Source: Bacilli bacterium (lineage in GTDB: Bacteria > Bacillota_I > Bacilli_A > RFN20 > CAG-826). From it: 43,096 nucleotides of DNA. The translations under genes and the position numbers were made by a program. The stretch lies in contig JBIIRB010000003.1 of NCBI GenBank assembly GCA_044341785.1, positions 1-43,096 of the forward strand, read 5' to 3'. Below, one piece after another: positions 20,307-28,950 of the stretch. Every line of letters starts with the position of its first letter. Position 1 is the stretch's first letter. The notes below the pieces were generated by a model that had not been told where the DNA came from, ran no database searches, and saw only the letters and a list, made by a program, of their open reading frames with translations.

Positions 20307-21650
20307 ATGTACGATTTTAAATTTGTCGATATTGGTGAAGGCCTTCATGAAGGTCAAATTCTCAAATGGTTTTTTAAAGTTGGCGATCGAGTCAAAGAAG
20401 GTCAAACGTTATGTTTGGTTGAAACGGACAAAGTCAATGCTGAAATTCCTTCTCCTGTTGCCGGTGTCATTACCAAATTAGGTGCTGAAGTCGGTCAAAC
20501 CATTCACGTTGGTGAAACCTTAGTGATGATTGATGAATCCGGAAAAGGTGGTCAAGCGACTGCTCCGGTTGAAACCAAAAAAGAAGCCCCCAAAGCGGTT
20601 GCTGTCGGTGAAGGCAATGGAACCAAAAAGGTTAATGATGGTCCTGCGGGTGTTGTCGGTGCGATTGTGGTTTCCGATGAACTCATCGCTTCCTCGAATG
20701 AAGGATTTGAAAATAATGATGCTCCTACCACATCTTCACAAGGTGGAAAAGTGTTAGCGACTCCTGTGGCCCGCAAAATGGCCGCTGATCTTGGTGTGGA
20801 TTTAACCCAAGTCAAAGGTAGCGGTGAACAAGGTCGTATCATGAAAGACGATATCCTCAAAGCTTCTAAAAATGGAAGTAAGCCAACCGCTCAAACGCCG
20901 TCTGTGGTCGCTGCCGTTTCCGTGGCGATGCCCTCCTTTTCAGGAGATGGTATTAAACGCGTTAAAATTTCCAAACTTCGTAAAGCGATTGTCAATGCGA
21001 TGACGGTTTCGAATCAAGTCATTCCTGCAACCACATTGATGGATGAATTCGATGTGAGCAAATTGGTCGCTTTCCGTGCTGCTCAAAAAGCAGCCTTAGA
21101 AGCCAAAGGTGTTAAATTAACCTATTTACCTTTCATCATTAAAGCCGTTTCGATGGCCTTAAAAGAATTCCCAGTCTTTAACGCGAGTTATGATCATGAT
21201 ACCGAAGAAGTCGTTTATAAAGCCTATCAAAATATCGGTATTGCTGTGGATACACCGGATGGTTTAATTGTCCCGAATATCAAAAATGCGGATACGAAAT
21301 CCATTGTGGGATTAGCCCAAGAAATTGAAACCCTTGCGAAAGCTTCACGCGAACGCACGGTCAAAATGGATGATATTTCCAATGGTACCTTCACCATCAC
21401 CAATTACGGTGTGGCAGGTATTAAATATGGTAACCCAGTCATTAAACATCCTGAAGTTGCCATTCTTGGCGTCGGAGCGATTGTCAAAAAACCAGTCGTT
21501 GAAAAAGATAATGTCGTCATTCGTGATGTCCTTCATCTCTCCTTATCCATTGATCACCGTATCATTGATGGTGCGGATGGTGGCCGTTTCTTAGCTAAAG
21601 TGCGGGAACTCTTATCCGATCCCCTTCAAATTTTCTTATTCTTAAGTTAA
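20307..21650 (+). CDS. pdhC: Dihydrolipoamide acetyltransferase E2
   Basis: Single lipoyl domain ETDKV, E3-binding ATPVARKMA, catalytic DHRIIDG. Confidence 0.95.
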   Translation: MYDFKFVDIGEGLHEGQILKWFFKVGDRVKEGQTLCLVETDKVNAEIPSPVAGVITKLGAEVGQTIHVGETLVMIDESGKGGQATAPVETKKEAPKAVAVGEGNGTKKVNDGPAGVVGAIVVSDELIASSNEGFENNDAPTTSSQGGKVLATPVARKMAADLGVDLTQVKGSGEQGRIMKDDILKASKNGSKPTAQTPSVVAAVSVAMPSFSGDGIKRVKISKLRKAIVNAMTVSNQVIPATTLMDEFDVSKLVAFRAAQKAALEAKGVKLTYLPFIIKAVSMALKEFPVFNASYDHDTEEVVYKAYQNIGIAVDTPDGLIVPNIKNADTKSIVGLAQEIETLAKASRERTVKMDDISNGTFTITNYGVAGIKYGNPVIKHPEVAILGVGAIVKKPVVEKDNVVIRDVLHLSLSIDHRIIDGADGGRFLAKVRELLSDPLQIFLFLS

Positions 21651-21662
21651 AAAGGAGACATT

Positions 21663-23036
21663 ATGCAATCATTTGATGTTCTGATCATCGGCGGTGGTCC
21701 GGGTGGTTATGTTGCTGCCATTAAAGCAGCGCAACTCGGGATGAAAGTCGCGCTCGTTGAAAAAGAAACCGTCGGTGGTGTGTGTTTGAATTGGGGTTGT
21801 ATTCCTACGAAGGCGATGTTAAAGTCGGCCAAAGTGTATGACACGTTTAAACATGCGAAAGAATATGGCATCACCGCCGATCCAAATAGTTTTTCACCCA
21901 ACTATCCTGAAATGATTAAACGTAAAGATTCGATTGTACGTCGTTTGACGGGTGGCGTTGCTGGATTATTAAAGAAAAATGGCGTGACTGTTTTTAATGG
22001 ATACGCTGAAGCGCTTGATGCGCACACCGTGGTCGTCAACGATGAACAATTAACGACTAAAAAGTTAATCATCGCCACCGGCGCATCGTGCTATCTCCCT
22101 CCGATTCCAGGTTTAAAAGAAGCCTTTGATCGTGGCAATTTAGTCACTTCCAAAGAGATTTTAACCAAGACCGCCTTACCCAAATCGCTTGCCGTCATTG
22201 GTGGTGGCGTCATCGGCATGGAATTTGCAACCATCTTTAATACCCTAGGTGTACCGGTCACGGTCTTTGAACGGGAAAGTTCGATTCTCACAACTGTAGA
22301 TGAAGAAATTCGCGGATTATTCTTTAAGAAGATTACCAAAGAAGGCATTAAAGTACTGACCAATGTGAATATTACGACCATTCATCAAGATGGATTAACC
22401 TATGTCCACAATGGTGAAACGTCAGTCTTAAAAGCCGAGATGATTTTATTAGCAACCGGCATGCGTCCGAACACCAAAGGTTATGAAAAGTTAAATGTAA
22501 AATTTAGCAAAGTGGGTGTTGAGGTCAATGAATACATGCAAACTTCTGTCGAAGATGTGTATGCGATTGGTGACGTCATCGGTAAGTATATGCTTGCCCA
22601 CGTGGCCTCTCGTGCCGGCATCGTCGCCGTCGAACATATCAACGGCAAAAAAGATAAACTTGATTTCAAAGTTATTCCGTCTGGAATTTATACATTCCCT
22701 GAAATTGCGCAAGTCGGTGTAACCGAACAAGAAGCCAAAGCCCAAGGGCTTGATTATAAAGTATCTACCTTCCCGTTAGCCGCCAATGGAAAAGCGTTAG
22801 CCGAAAATGAAAAAGATGGTTTAGTCAAAATCATTGCGGATAAAAAATATGGAGAAATTCTCGGTGTTCACATCTATTCCGCTTCCGCGACTGAAATGAT
22901 TACAGAAGCATCACTCGCGATGGTGCTTGAAGCGACTGCCGAAGAAATTGTGGCTACCATTCATCCCCATCCTTCATTATCAGAAATGATTCATGAAGTG
23001 ACGCATGGCATTGTCTTAAAGCCGATTCATATCTAA
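21663..23036 (+). CDS. pdhD: Dihydrolipoamide dehydrogenase E3
   Basis: GGGPGGY, GGVCLNWGCIP, HPHPSLSE. Confidence 0.96.
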   Translation: MQSFDVLIIGGGPGGYVAAIKAAQLGMKVALVEKETVGGVCLNWGCIPTKAMLKSAKVYDTFKHAKEYGITADPNSFSPNYPEMIKRKDSIVRRLTGGVAGLLKKNGVTVFNGYAEALDAHTVVVNDEQLTTKKLIIATGASCYLPPIPGLKEAFDRGNLVTSKEILTKTALPKSLAVIGGGVIGMEFATIFNTLGVPVTVFERESSILTTVDEEIRGLFFKKITKEGIKVLTNVNITTIHQDGLTYVHNGETSVLKAEMILLATGMRPNTKGYEKLNVKFSKVGVEVNEYMQTSVEDVYAIGDVIGKYMLAHVASRAGIVAVEHINGKKDKLDFKVIPSGIYTFPEIAQVGVTEQEAKAQGLDYKVSTFPLAANGKALAENEKDGLVKIIADKKYGEILGVHIYSASATEMITEASLAMVLEATAEEIVATIHPHPSLSEMIHEVTHGIVLKPIHI

Positions 23037-23051
23037 ACCAATCAATTAAAT

Positions 23052-23080
23052 ACGCTGCTTCATCGGCAGCGTTTTTCTTT
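23052..23080 (+). terminator. Rho-independent terminator between convergent pdhD and lplA
   Basis: ACGCTGC-ttcatcg-GCAGCGT followed by a T-tract. Confidence 0.8.
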
Positions 23081-23085
23081 TCCTT

Positions 23086-24078
23086 TTAATTAAAACAACA
23101 AGCGAGTAAGTTATCTAATGTGATCTTTAAAAAATAGTCATCCAGGTTGACGTCTTTTAGGCGGTGCTGAAATGCCTCGCGTGTAAAGGGGAGATTCAGC
23201 AACAGTTTTTCGAGACCGATGATATCTTGCGTGCCTAAGAAATCACCAAAGATTTTTACTTGTTTGACGTTGCCTTCTTCGATATTGAAACGTAATGAGA
23301 CCCCTCCCCCTTCATAACGACCATATTTTTCGATGCTAAATTTTGGAGATTCTCCATAATTCCAAGCCCATGTAGAAAATTTAGTTTCCATCAATTGCCG
23401 AATACGTTTTTCATCTTCTTTAGTCAGTTGATACACATAAGGTTGAATGTCTTGTGTGTTTAAGAGGGATTGAAGTAAACGATCTTTAAAATCTTTCATT
23501 GAGACAGGTGTTTTTAAATAGGGTTTGATGTTGGTCACGCGTGCGCGAACCGATTTGATGCCTTTGGATTCGATTTTATCAGGTTTTGGAACGAGGATTT
23601 TTCCAAGCATCGTTAAATCAGCATCCATTAAGATGGTTCCATGATGGAGAAAACGATTTAAATAAAACGCTTGGGCGTTACCACTGATTTTCATGCCGTC
23701 CACGAGAATATCATTGCGCCCCCCAAAGACAGCGGGCACACCGAGGTCGTTTAATGCTTTGATCACAGGGTCGGTAAACTTACGGTAATTATTCACATTA
23801 TCAATCGTTGTGTTGGTGATAAATGAAAAGTTGAGATTCCCTAAATCGTGATAAACCGCGCCGCCCCCAGTAATGCGACGGACAACGCTGACCTTATGTT
23901 CATTGACGTATTGGGCGTTGACTTCTTCAATCGTATTCTGATTTCGGCCAATGATGACACTATTCGCATTTTGCCATAAAAAGATAAAATCTTCGTTGGT
24001 TTTAAGATACTTAAGCACATATTCTTCAAGCGCTAAGTTATATCGAGGATCTAACGATTCATTGAGGATGGTTTTCAT
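23086..24078 (-). CDS. lplA: Lipoate-protein ligase A
   Basis: NLALEE, IGRNQN, RRITGGGAVYHDLGN, KISGNAQ, HHGT, KGIKSVRARV; start moved to ATG 24078 after AGGAG. Confidence 0.94.
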   Translation of the reverse strand: MKTILNESLDPRYNLALEEYVLKYLKTNEDFIFLWQNANSVIIGRNQNTIEEVNAQYVNEHKVSVVRRITGGGAVYHDLGNLNFSFITNTTIDNVNNYRKFTDPVIKALNDLGVPAVFGGRNDILVDGMKISGNAQAFYLNRFLHHGTILMDADLTMLGKILVPKPDKIESKGIKSVRARVTNIKPYLKTPVSMKDFKDRLLQSLLNTQDIQPYVYQLTKEDEKRIRQLMETKFSTWAWNYGESPKFSIEKYGRYEGGGVSLRFNIEEGNVKQVKIFGDFLGTQDIIGLEKLLLNLPFTREAFQHRLKDVNLDDYFLKITLDNLLACCFN

Positions 24079-24160
24079 AATTTCTCCTGGCATTATTGTA
24101 GCCGAATCCCTTTGCTTCCTCAATGACCTTAATGAGACAAAAAAAGCACAAACTTGGGAT

Positions 24161-24190
24161 TTTTATTGTGTTGGGTTCATTACAATAAAA
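24161..24190. promoter_or_regulatory. Inverted repeat overlapping a TACAAT -10 box upstream of the pilus-like operon
   Basis: TTTTATTGT-N12-ACAATAAAA; TACAAT at 24181-24186. Confidence 0.45.
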
Positions 24191-24215
24191 CTAATCATGA
24201 ATGAAAGGAATTCAT

Positions 24216-24560
24216 ATGAACATTCAAAAAGACATGGGTTTGAAATTGTTATCGCGCTTGGTTTCGGATTTGACGTGGCATTATCACATTGCCAAAATCC
24301 ATCGGTTTGTCGGAAAAGTGGCTGATCAAGTTGTTGCTAAACCTTCGTATTATCGCTTTGAAAAAGAAGAACAGTTTTTAGAAGCGTATGAACTCATTCT
24401 TAACCGGCTCACGCCTGAAGAACGTGAAATCATCACCAACGATTTTATTACCAAGAAACAACCTATTTGGTGGCAAGAACGGTATGCGCGAAGCACCTAT
24501 TACCGCATCAAGCATAAAACACTCATCGAGTTCACTTCCTTTTTTGAACAATATCGATGA
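24216..24560 (+). CDS. Small sigma70-region-4-like HTH protein (resembles MG284/MPN403 and ArpU-like families)
   Basis: LNRLTPEEREII...WWQERYARSTYYRIKHK; GAAAGGA RBS before ATG 24216. Confidence 0.65.
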   Translation: MNIQKDMGLKLLSRLVSDLTWHYHIAKIHRFVGKVADQVVAKPSYYRFEKEEQFLEAYELILNRLTPEEREIITNDFITKKQPIWWQERYARSTYYRIKHKTLIEFTSFFEQYR

Positions 24561-25507
24561 AATGGTTTTGGCATTCTTTCATCAGTTCAATCATCCTCCT
24601 TACCGGTTGGTATCAGGCAACCCCAGTGAGTTATTTTCGCAATATGCGATGGGAACCTTACGTCAAGAATCAGACGTATCTATTTAATTTGGAATTTGCC
24701 TATCCACCGGGTGGACCGATGGCCATTGAAGTTCGCTTATCCAATACTGTCTATAATCGCGCGTTAATCATCGCACTCAACATGAATGCCTCCACACTCA
24801 TTCAAACACCTGTGGTCATTTATCCTTATCTTTTTGATCAGTCAGGAAGTTTGATGTTATATTTTCGAGCCTATCGCAATCAATTTGAAAGTACCCTTCA
24901 AGTAAGAGTGTATGAAAAAGAAAGTAAAAACTATCTGATTCATGATCAACTTCTTTCCGTTGGATCAAATAAACCTACCGCAGAAGTTAATGCGGTAGGT
25001 GTCATTAGTTACCGTCATGAAACGATTGCGTTACAAGGGTTTCAATCGCTCATTGTTGAGCCATATTTTTATGCGATGCACTTTCGTTATTGGACATTAA
25101 AAAGTCAGCATGCATGGAAGAAATTGACCAATATCCATGTCACTTTTACCATTTTGTCGACCCATCCCGCGTTCATTTTAATTGACCCAACTAGCCAAAT
25201 GAATAAAAAAATTGGCTTGCATTTTACCGCGGAAATGGATGTATTCAAGTCGCGCCTTAGAGAACCCTTATATGTGGATCTGCAGACGCTAATTCCATCT
25301 TCCTTAGTCCAGGAAGGATATGTTGAAACTGAATCTTTGTTTTTTCCAATCAACTCATTTGCGAGTTTAAAAACCATCGAATTTAAGATGGACTTAGTCG
25401 TTGCTGCCATCCATCAATACACCTTAACGTATTTTTTTACGTATGAAACGTTGAAACCACTTTTAGGTCCTTGTTATCAAGCGCGATATTGTGTAGGTGT
25501 TGCATGA
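24557..25507 (+). CDS. Hypothetical secreted or anchored beta-rich protein with a C-terminal Cys pair
   Basis: N-terminal hydrophobic segment; ends LLGPCYQARYCVGVA; ATGA-coupled to both neighbours. Confidence 0.7.
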   Translation: MKWFWHSFISSIILLTGWYQATPVSYFRNMRWEPYVKNQTYLFNLEFAYPPGGPMAIEVRLSNTVYNRALIIALNMNASTLIQTPVVIYPYLFDQSGSLMLYFRAYRNQFESTLQVRVYEKESKNYLIHDQLLSVGSNKPTAEVNAVGVISYRHETIALQGFQSLIVEPYFYAMHFRYWTLKSQHAWKKLTNIHVTFTILSTHPAFILIDPTSQMNKKIGLHFTAEMDVFKSRLREPLYVDLQTLIPSSLVQEGYVETESLFFPINSFASLKTIEFKMDLVVAAIHQYTLTYFFTYETLKPLLGPCYQARYCVGVA

Positions 25508-25902
25508 CGATGTTATTCCTTGTCACGTTCATTAGCTTAATGACCTTTAGTTTCATGCAAGTCAGTCGCATGGTGAGACGTGTTGATCTTACTTTATATG
25601 GTTTAGTACCCAGTGTTTTTGAGGCCGCTGTGGATTTAGGACATTGGATTGAAACGAATGAATTCGTTTTTGATTCCATTGAATTAGTAACGTCAATTGA
25701 ACGCCATCTGGTTGCAAGTTTATCAGACTTACCTATCACCTATTCAATCTCACTCGACTATCACCATTATGATTCAAAAATCCCTTGTGAGTCACTTTGT
25801 GATGCTGTTATTTTCCAATTTGAAGGGAACATCTTCAATCAATGGCCATTATTAAGGTCCTTTGAAGTTTACATCATCGATTATGAAAACAACGTCAATT
25901 AA
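25504..25902 (+). CDS. Hypothetical single-TM protein, possible minor pilin
   Basis: N-terminal TM helix, CESLC pair; ATG 25504 overlaps the upstream TGA. Confidence 0.6.
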   Translation: MTMLFLVTFISLMTFSFMQVSRMVRRVDLTLYGLVPSVFEAAVDLGHWIETNEFVFDSIELVTSIERHLVASLSDLPITYSISLDYHHYDSKIPCESLCDAVIFQFEGNIFNQWPLLRSFEVYIIDYENNVN

Positions 25903-26812
25903 ACAATATCTAGAATCTTCTTTTTTAAGACCGTTGCTTTCCCAAGAAGATATAACCGATGTTTCCTTTAATGGAACTCATATTTTTTATCAAAGTAGTC
26001 GCTGGGGAAGAAAACTGAGTGACCTTATCATTGAAGAAAAATCGATCTACGACATGATGATGCAACTTGCTAATTTAAGTGATCAGCATTTCACGCATAC
26101 CCAGCCCGTGCTCGATTTAGCCGTAGAAGGTTATCGTATTCACGCTGTAGGACCTTCCATCAGTCGCTATGGTTTTCAAAAAGTGACGACGTTTTCGTTG
26201 AGGATTAGTCGCACCCGACAACTAAAAAATCATTACCCACCATCCTTACTCGCATGCGTGGATGAGTTAATCAAATTAAGACAGTCCATCCTCATTTTTG
26301 GAGAGACAGGGTCAGGAAAAACCGAATTTCAAAAAGCAATCTTAACCTCTTTTCCACTCCACGCTCGGGTCGTTGTGGTGGATAATGTGCTTGAACTTGA
26401 TGGACTCATTTCACAAAAAAAATTAGACATGAATGTATGGCAAGCCCAACCGCATGTGTCGGTTTCCGCGCTCATTGAAAGTGCATTACGATCCAATCCG
26501 GATTGGTTGATACTTGCAGAAGCCAGAGGAAAAGAAATGATGGATGTTTTAAATGCGTCATTAACGGGTCATCCTGTCATTACCACGTTGCACGCGCGTG
26601 ACATTGAAACCCTTCTCCCTCGCATCACACGGATGGTGATGATGAATGGCAATCACATTGGTTACCAAGAAACGTTAGAGGATATCGAACGGGCATTTCC
26701 TTTTTCCATCCATGTTGTCAAAGGCATGAATGAGGACGGTTCCATCGCTCGTTCCATCCAAGGAGTATACGAACGAAAAAATAAACAATGGATTCAAAGG
26801 TATGGAACTTAA
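25883..26812 (+). CDS. CpaF/TadA (VirB11-like) secretion ATPase
   Basis: DITDVSFNG, Walker A GETGSGKT, ALRSNPDWLILAEARGKE, His box TGHPVITTLHA. Confidence 0.85.
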   Translation: MKTTSIKQYLESSFLRPLLSQEDITDVSFNGTHIFYQSSRWGRKLSDLIIEEKSIYDMMMQLANLSDQHFTHTQPVLDLAVEGYRIHAVGPSISRYGFQKVTTFSLRISRTRQLKNHYPPSLLACVDELIKLRQSILIFGETGSGKTEFQKAILTSFPLHARVVVVDNVLELDGLISQKKLDMNVWQAQPHVSVSALIESALRSNPDWLILAEARGKEMMDVLNASLTGHPVITTLHARDIETLLPRITRMVMMNGNHIGYQETLEDIERAFPFSIHVVKGMNEDGSIARSIQGVYERKNKQWIQRYGT

Positions 26813-27512
26813 ATCAAAACTTCAATCCGGTTTATATGCTTTGATTGCAACCGCAGTGGTCACTTTTTTATGGTGGTGGATGGTGAGCGACATTCTGGGT
26901 GTGATTTCACTCAGCCTCTTCACTTTTCCATTGCTGTTTTATGGTTTTCAAGTCCAACGGCGATTCATCCATCGTGATCAATTAAGAAGTTTATCTTTTT
27001 ACTTTATGAATCAATTCATTCTCACTTTAAGTGTCAAAACGTCCATCGCTTCAACCTTAAGTGAACTCTATCCTTCGCTTCACCCGCGCATCCAACGCGC
27101 GCTTGATGAAGATGAAGGACTGCCAGCGATGGATACGCTTAAACGGCTAGAAGTGATTTTTGATTTTCCGTTATATGCCATCTTCATCCATATGATTGAT
27201 ATTCATGTTCACTATGGCGGATCCATCATTGATATGACGGATATGTTGCTTTCACGCGCCAGGCGAGAAGAAATTGAATGGAATGAAAAACGCATGTACA
27301 TCAAAAAAAAGTGGGGTCAATTTTTCTTGCTTTGGCTGCTGAACTTAATCATACTTTTTTTTGTGCGATTTGGATTGTCCGAAGTATTTAAAGACGTTTT
27401 CCCCACCGTCATCTTTAAAGGTTTATTAGCCTTTTTCTTTTTGATCTTTGTTTTTTCATTGCTACTTTTTTTTGAAAAAGCTTACGGAGGAAAAATTCGT
27501 GTTAGCGAATGA
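26802..27512 (+). CDS. TadB-like (T2SSF-type) membrane platform protein
   Basis: 2 TM, soluble helical domain with YGGSIID, then 2 TM; directly after the CpaF gene. Confidence 0.6.
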   Translation: MELKSKLQSGLYALIATAVVTFLWWWMVSDILGVISLSLFTFPLLFYGFQVQRRFIHRDQLRSLSFYFMNQFILTLSVKTSIASTLSELYPSLHPRIQRALDEDEGLPAMDTLKRLEVIFDFPLYAIFIHMIDIHVHYGGSIIDMTDMLLSRARREEIEWNEKRMYIKKKWGQFFLLWLLNLIILFFVRFGLSEVFKDVFPTVIFKGLLAFFFLIFVFSLLLFFEKAYGGKIRVSE

Positions 27513-28158
27513 ATGGCGTGGTCATCCTTCCTTTCAAATGTTAAAAAAACAGTTTTATGGCTTGGTTGGTATTGCATTCATCTTCACCATCACAGGCGTT
27601 TATTTTGGCTATGGGTTGTGGAGCGCGATGGGTTTTGTGATGGCGTTGGTCCTCCTTTGGTTATGGTTTGATGTTGAACAAGAAAAACGCAAACATCAAA
27701 TTGCTCAACAACGAAAAATTGCCATGATGGAAACGATGGCCTATGTGAAAATATTTCTGTTTAGTGGTTTGACGGTTTATCAATCCTTGAAGCAATCCCA
27801 AGTGCATGCGTCTGCTTGGATGCGCGCTCGTTTAGAAGCCATGCTCATCAAGATGGATGAAGATAAAAGTTTTCGTCCGTTTTATGATTTAGCACGACCT
27901 TTAAACACCTTGGCCATGGAACAATTGATGATTGCGCTTTATCAAATTACTCAAACCGGGATCACGAGTGTTTATTTATCCCATTTCTTTTATGTTTTTG
28001 ATCAACTTGAAGGAAGTATCAGTCGCTTATCGTTTACCCAATTTGAAGAAGAACTAGAAGGTCACCATACGTGGGCCATGATTGGAACCTCCATCATCAC
28101 TTTAACGATTTTATATAGCATCATTACTCTCATTCAAGGATTTATCCATGGCTTATAA
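27499..28158 (+). CDS. TadC-like membrane platform protein
   Basis: 2 TM, LFSGLTVYQSL (T2SSF-like), C-terminal TM; GTG start after GGAGG. Confidence 0.6.
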   Translation: MLANEWRGHPSFQMLKKQFYGLVGIAFIFTITGVYFGYGLWSAMGFVMALVLLWLWFDVEQEKRKHQIAQQRKIAMMETMAYVKIFLFSGLTVYQSLKQSQVHASAWMRARLEAMLIKMDEDKSFRPFYDLARPLNTLAMEQLMIALYQITQTGITSVYLSHFFYVFDQLEGSISRLSFTQFEEELEGHHTWAMIGTSIITLTILYSIITLIQGFIHGL

Positions 28159-28486
28159 AACGTCATTTATTTTATCGCTCATCTTTGTGATTCAACTCCT
28201 ACTCTTAATTGGAGATTTACTGATGATTCAAGTGGCGCACGCACGGTTGGATGCGATTGGCCTTGCCGCGAGTGCCTTAATCTCTAGACAAGGTGGAATT
28301 AATGAAGAGATTGTGTCATTTACAGAACAGCAATCGACCACCTTGACCTGTCTTTCGATGTGTAGTCCACGGCTTGGTGATGTCCTGACTTTTCGATTAG
28401 AAAAAACGATCGATCCCTTCATCATCAGTGAAGATACGATCCAACTCAGTGTCATCTACCATGCGGTGATTGGCTTTTATGCTTAG
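28148..28486 (+). CDS. TadE-like / minor pilin-like protein
   Basis: N-terminal hydrophobic helix followed by GDL..IQ...LD.......ISRQGG; CLSMC pair. Confidence 0.5.
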   Translation: MAYKTSFILSLIFVIQLLLLIGDLLMIQVAHARLDAIGLAASALISRQGGINEEIVSFTEQQSTTLTCLSMCSPRLGDVLTFRLEKTIDPFIISEDTIQLSVIYHAVIGFYA

Positions 28487-28501
28487 AAGAAAGGAGGAAT
28501 T

Positions 28502-28642
28502 ATGGCCGAACTTAAAGGACAGATTTTAGGTGTCTTGCTCGTCTTGATCTTGTTTGGTGCGATGACGGTCGCATTCAGCACGATCTTCGATGACGCCGCG
28601 AGTAACTTAGCCACCCAAGTATCCAATCAATTCTATCTTTAA
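28502..28642 (+). CDS. 46-aa Flp/type IV pilin-like protein (not in ORF track)
   Basis: AGAAAGGAGG RBS; MAELKGQILGVLLVLILFGAMTVAFSTIFDDAASNLATQVSNQFYL; last gene of the operon, before a terminator. Confidence 0.75.
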   Translation: MAELKGQILGVLLVLILFGAMTVAFSTIFDDAASNLATQVSNQFYL

Positions 28643-28647
28643 TCCTT

Positions 28648-28670
28648 AGGGGCGTAAGCCCCTTTTTGTT
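28648..28670 (+). terminator. Rho-independent terminator
   Basis: AGGGGC-GTAA-GCCCCT then TTTT; GNRA tetraloop. Confidence 0.88.
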
Positions 28671-28692
28671 TTGCTTTCATTAAGGTTTATGA

Positions 28693-28721
28693 TTGCGAAG
28701 ATTTGTTGAATATGATAATAT
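28693..28721 (+). promoter_or_regulatory. Promoter of the tRNA pair
   Basis: TTGCGA, 17-bp spacer, TAATAT with a TG extension. Confidence 0.55.
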
Positions 28722-28752
28722 TTTTATCGCGCCTAAGACTTATAAAGAGCAT

Positions 28753-28827
28753 GCCTACTTAGCTCAGCGGTAGAGCAATCGGCTGTTAACCGATTGGTCG
28801 TAGGTTCGAATCCTACAGTAGGCGCCA
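28753..28827 (+). tRNA. tRNA-Asn (GTT)
   Basis: Acceptor GCCTACT/AGTAGGC, anticodon arm ATCGG-CT-GTT-AA-CCGAT, GGTTCGAATCC, CCA. Confidence 0.97.
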
Positions 28828-28833
28828 TTATGA

Positions 28834-28910
28834 GGCCCGTTGGAGAAGCGGCTTAACTCACCACCCTTTCAAGGTAGCATTCATGGGTTCGAATCCCATA
28901 CGGGTCACCA
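28834..28910 (+). tRNA. tRNA-Glu (TTC)
   Basis: Acceptor GGCCCGT/ACGGGTC, anticodon arm CCACC-CT-TTC-AA-GGTAG (one C:A mismatch), GGTTCGAATCC, CCA. Confidence 0.95.
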
Positions 28911-28921
28911 ACGTTTAAAAT

Positions 28922-28950
28922 AGCAACCCTAAGCCGGTTGCTTTTTATTT
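28922..28950 (+). terminator. Rho-independent terminator after the tRNAs
   Basis: AGCAACC-ctaagcc-GGTTGCT then TTTT. Confidence 0.82.

Noticed and set aside
25883-26812. VirB11-like ATPase as evidence for a conjugative T4SS or ICE
   Set aside because: No VirB4, coupling protein, relaxase or integrase; the neighbours fit Tad platform and pilin genes better
454-28910. 16-bp direct repeat CCCATACGGGTCACCA (454-469 and 28895-28910) resembling attL/attR of a 28-kb island
   Set aside because: Both copies are the 3' ends of complete tRNA-Glu genes; the interval holds housekeeping genes (tdk, gmk, pdh) and no integrase
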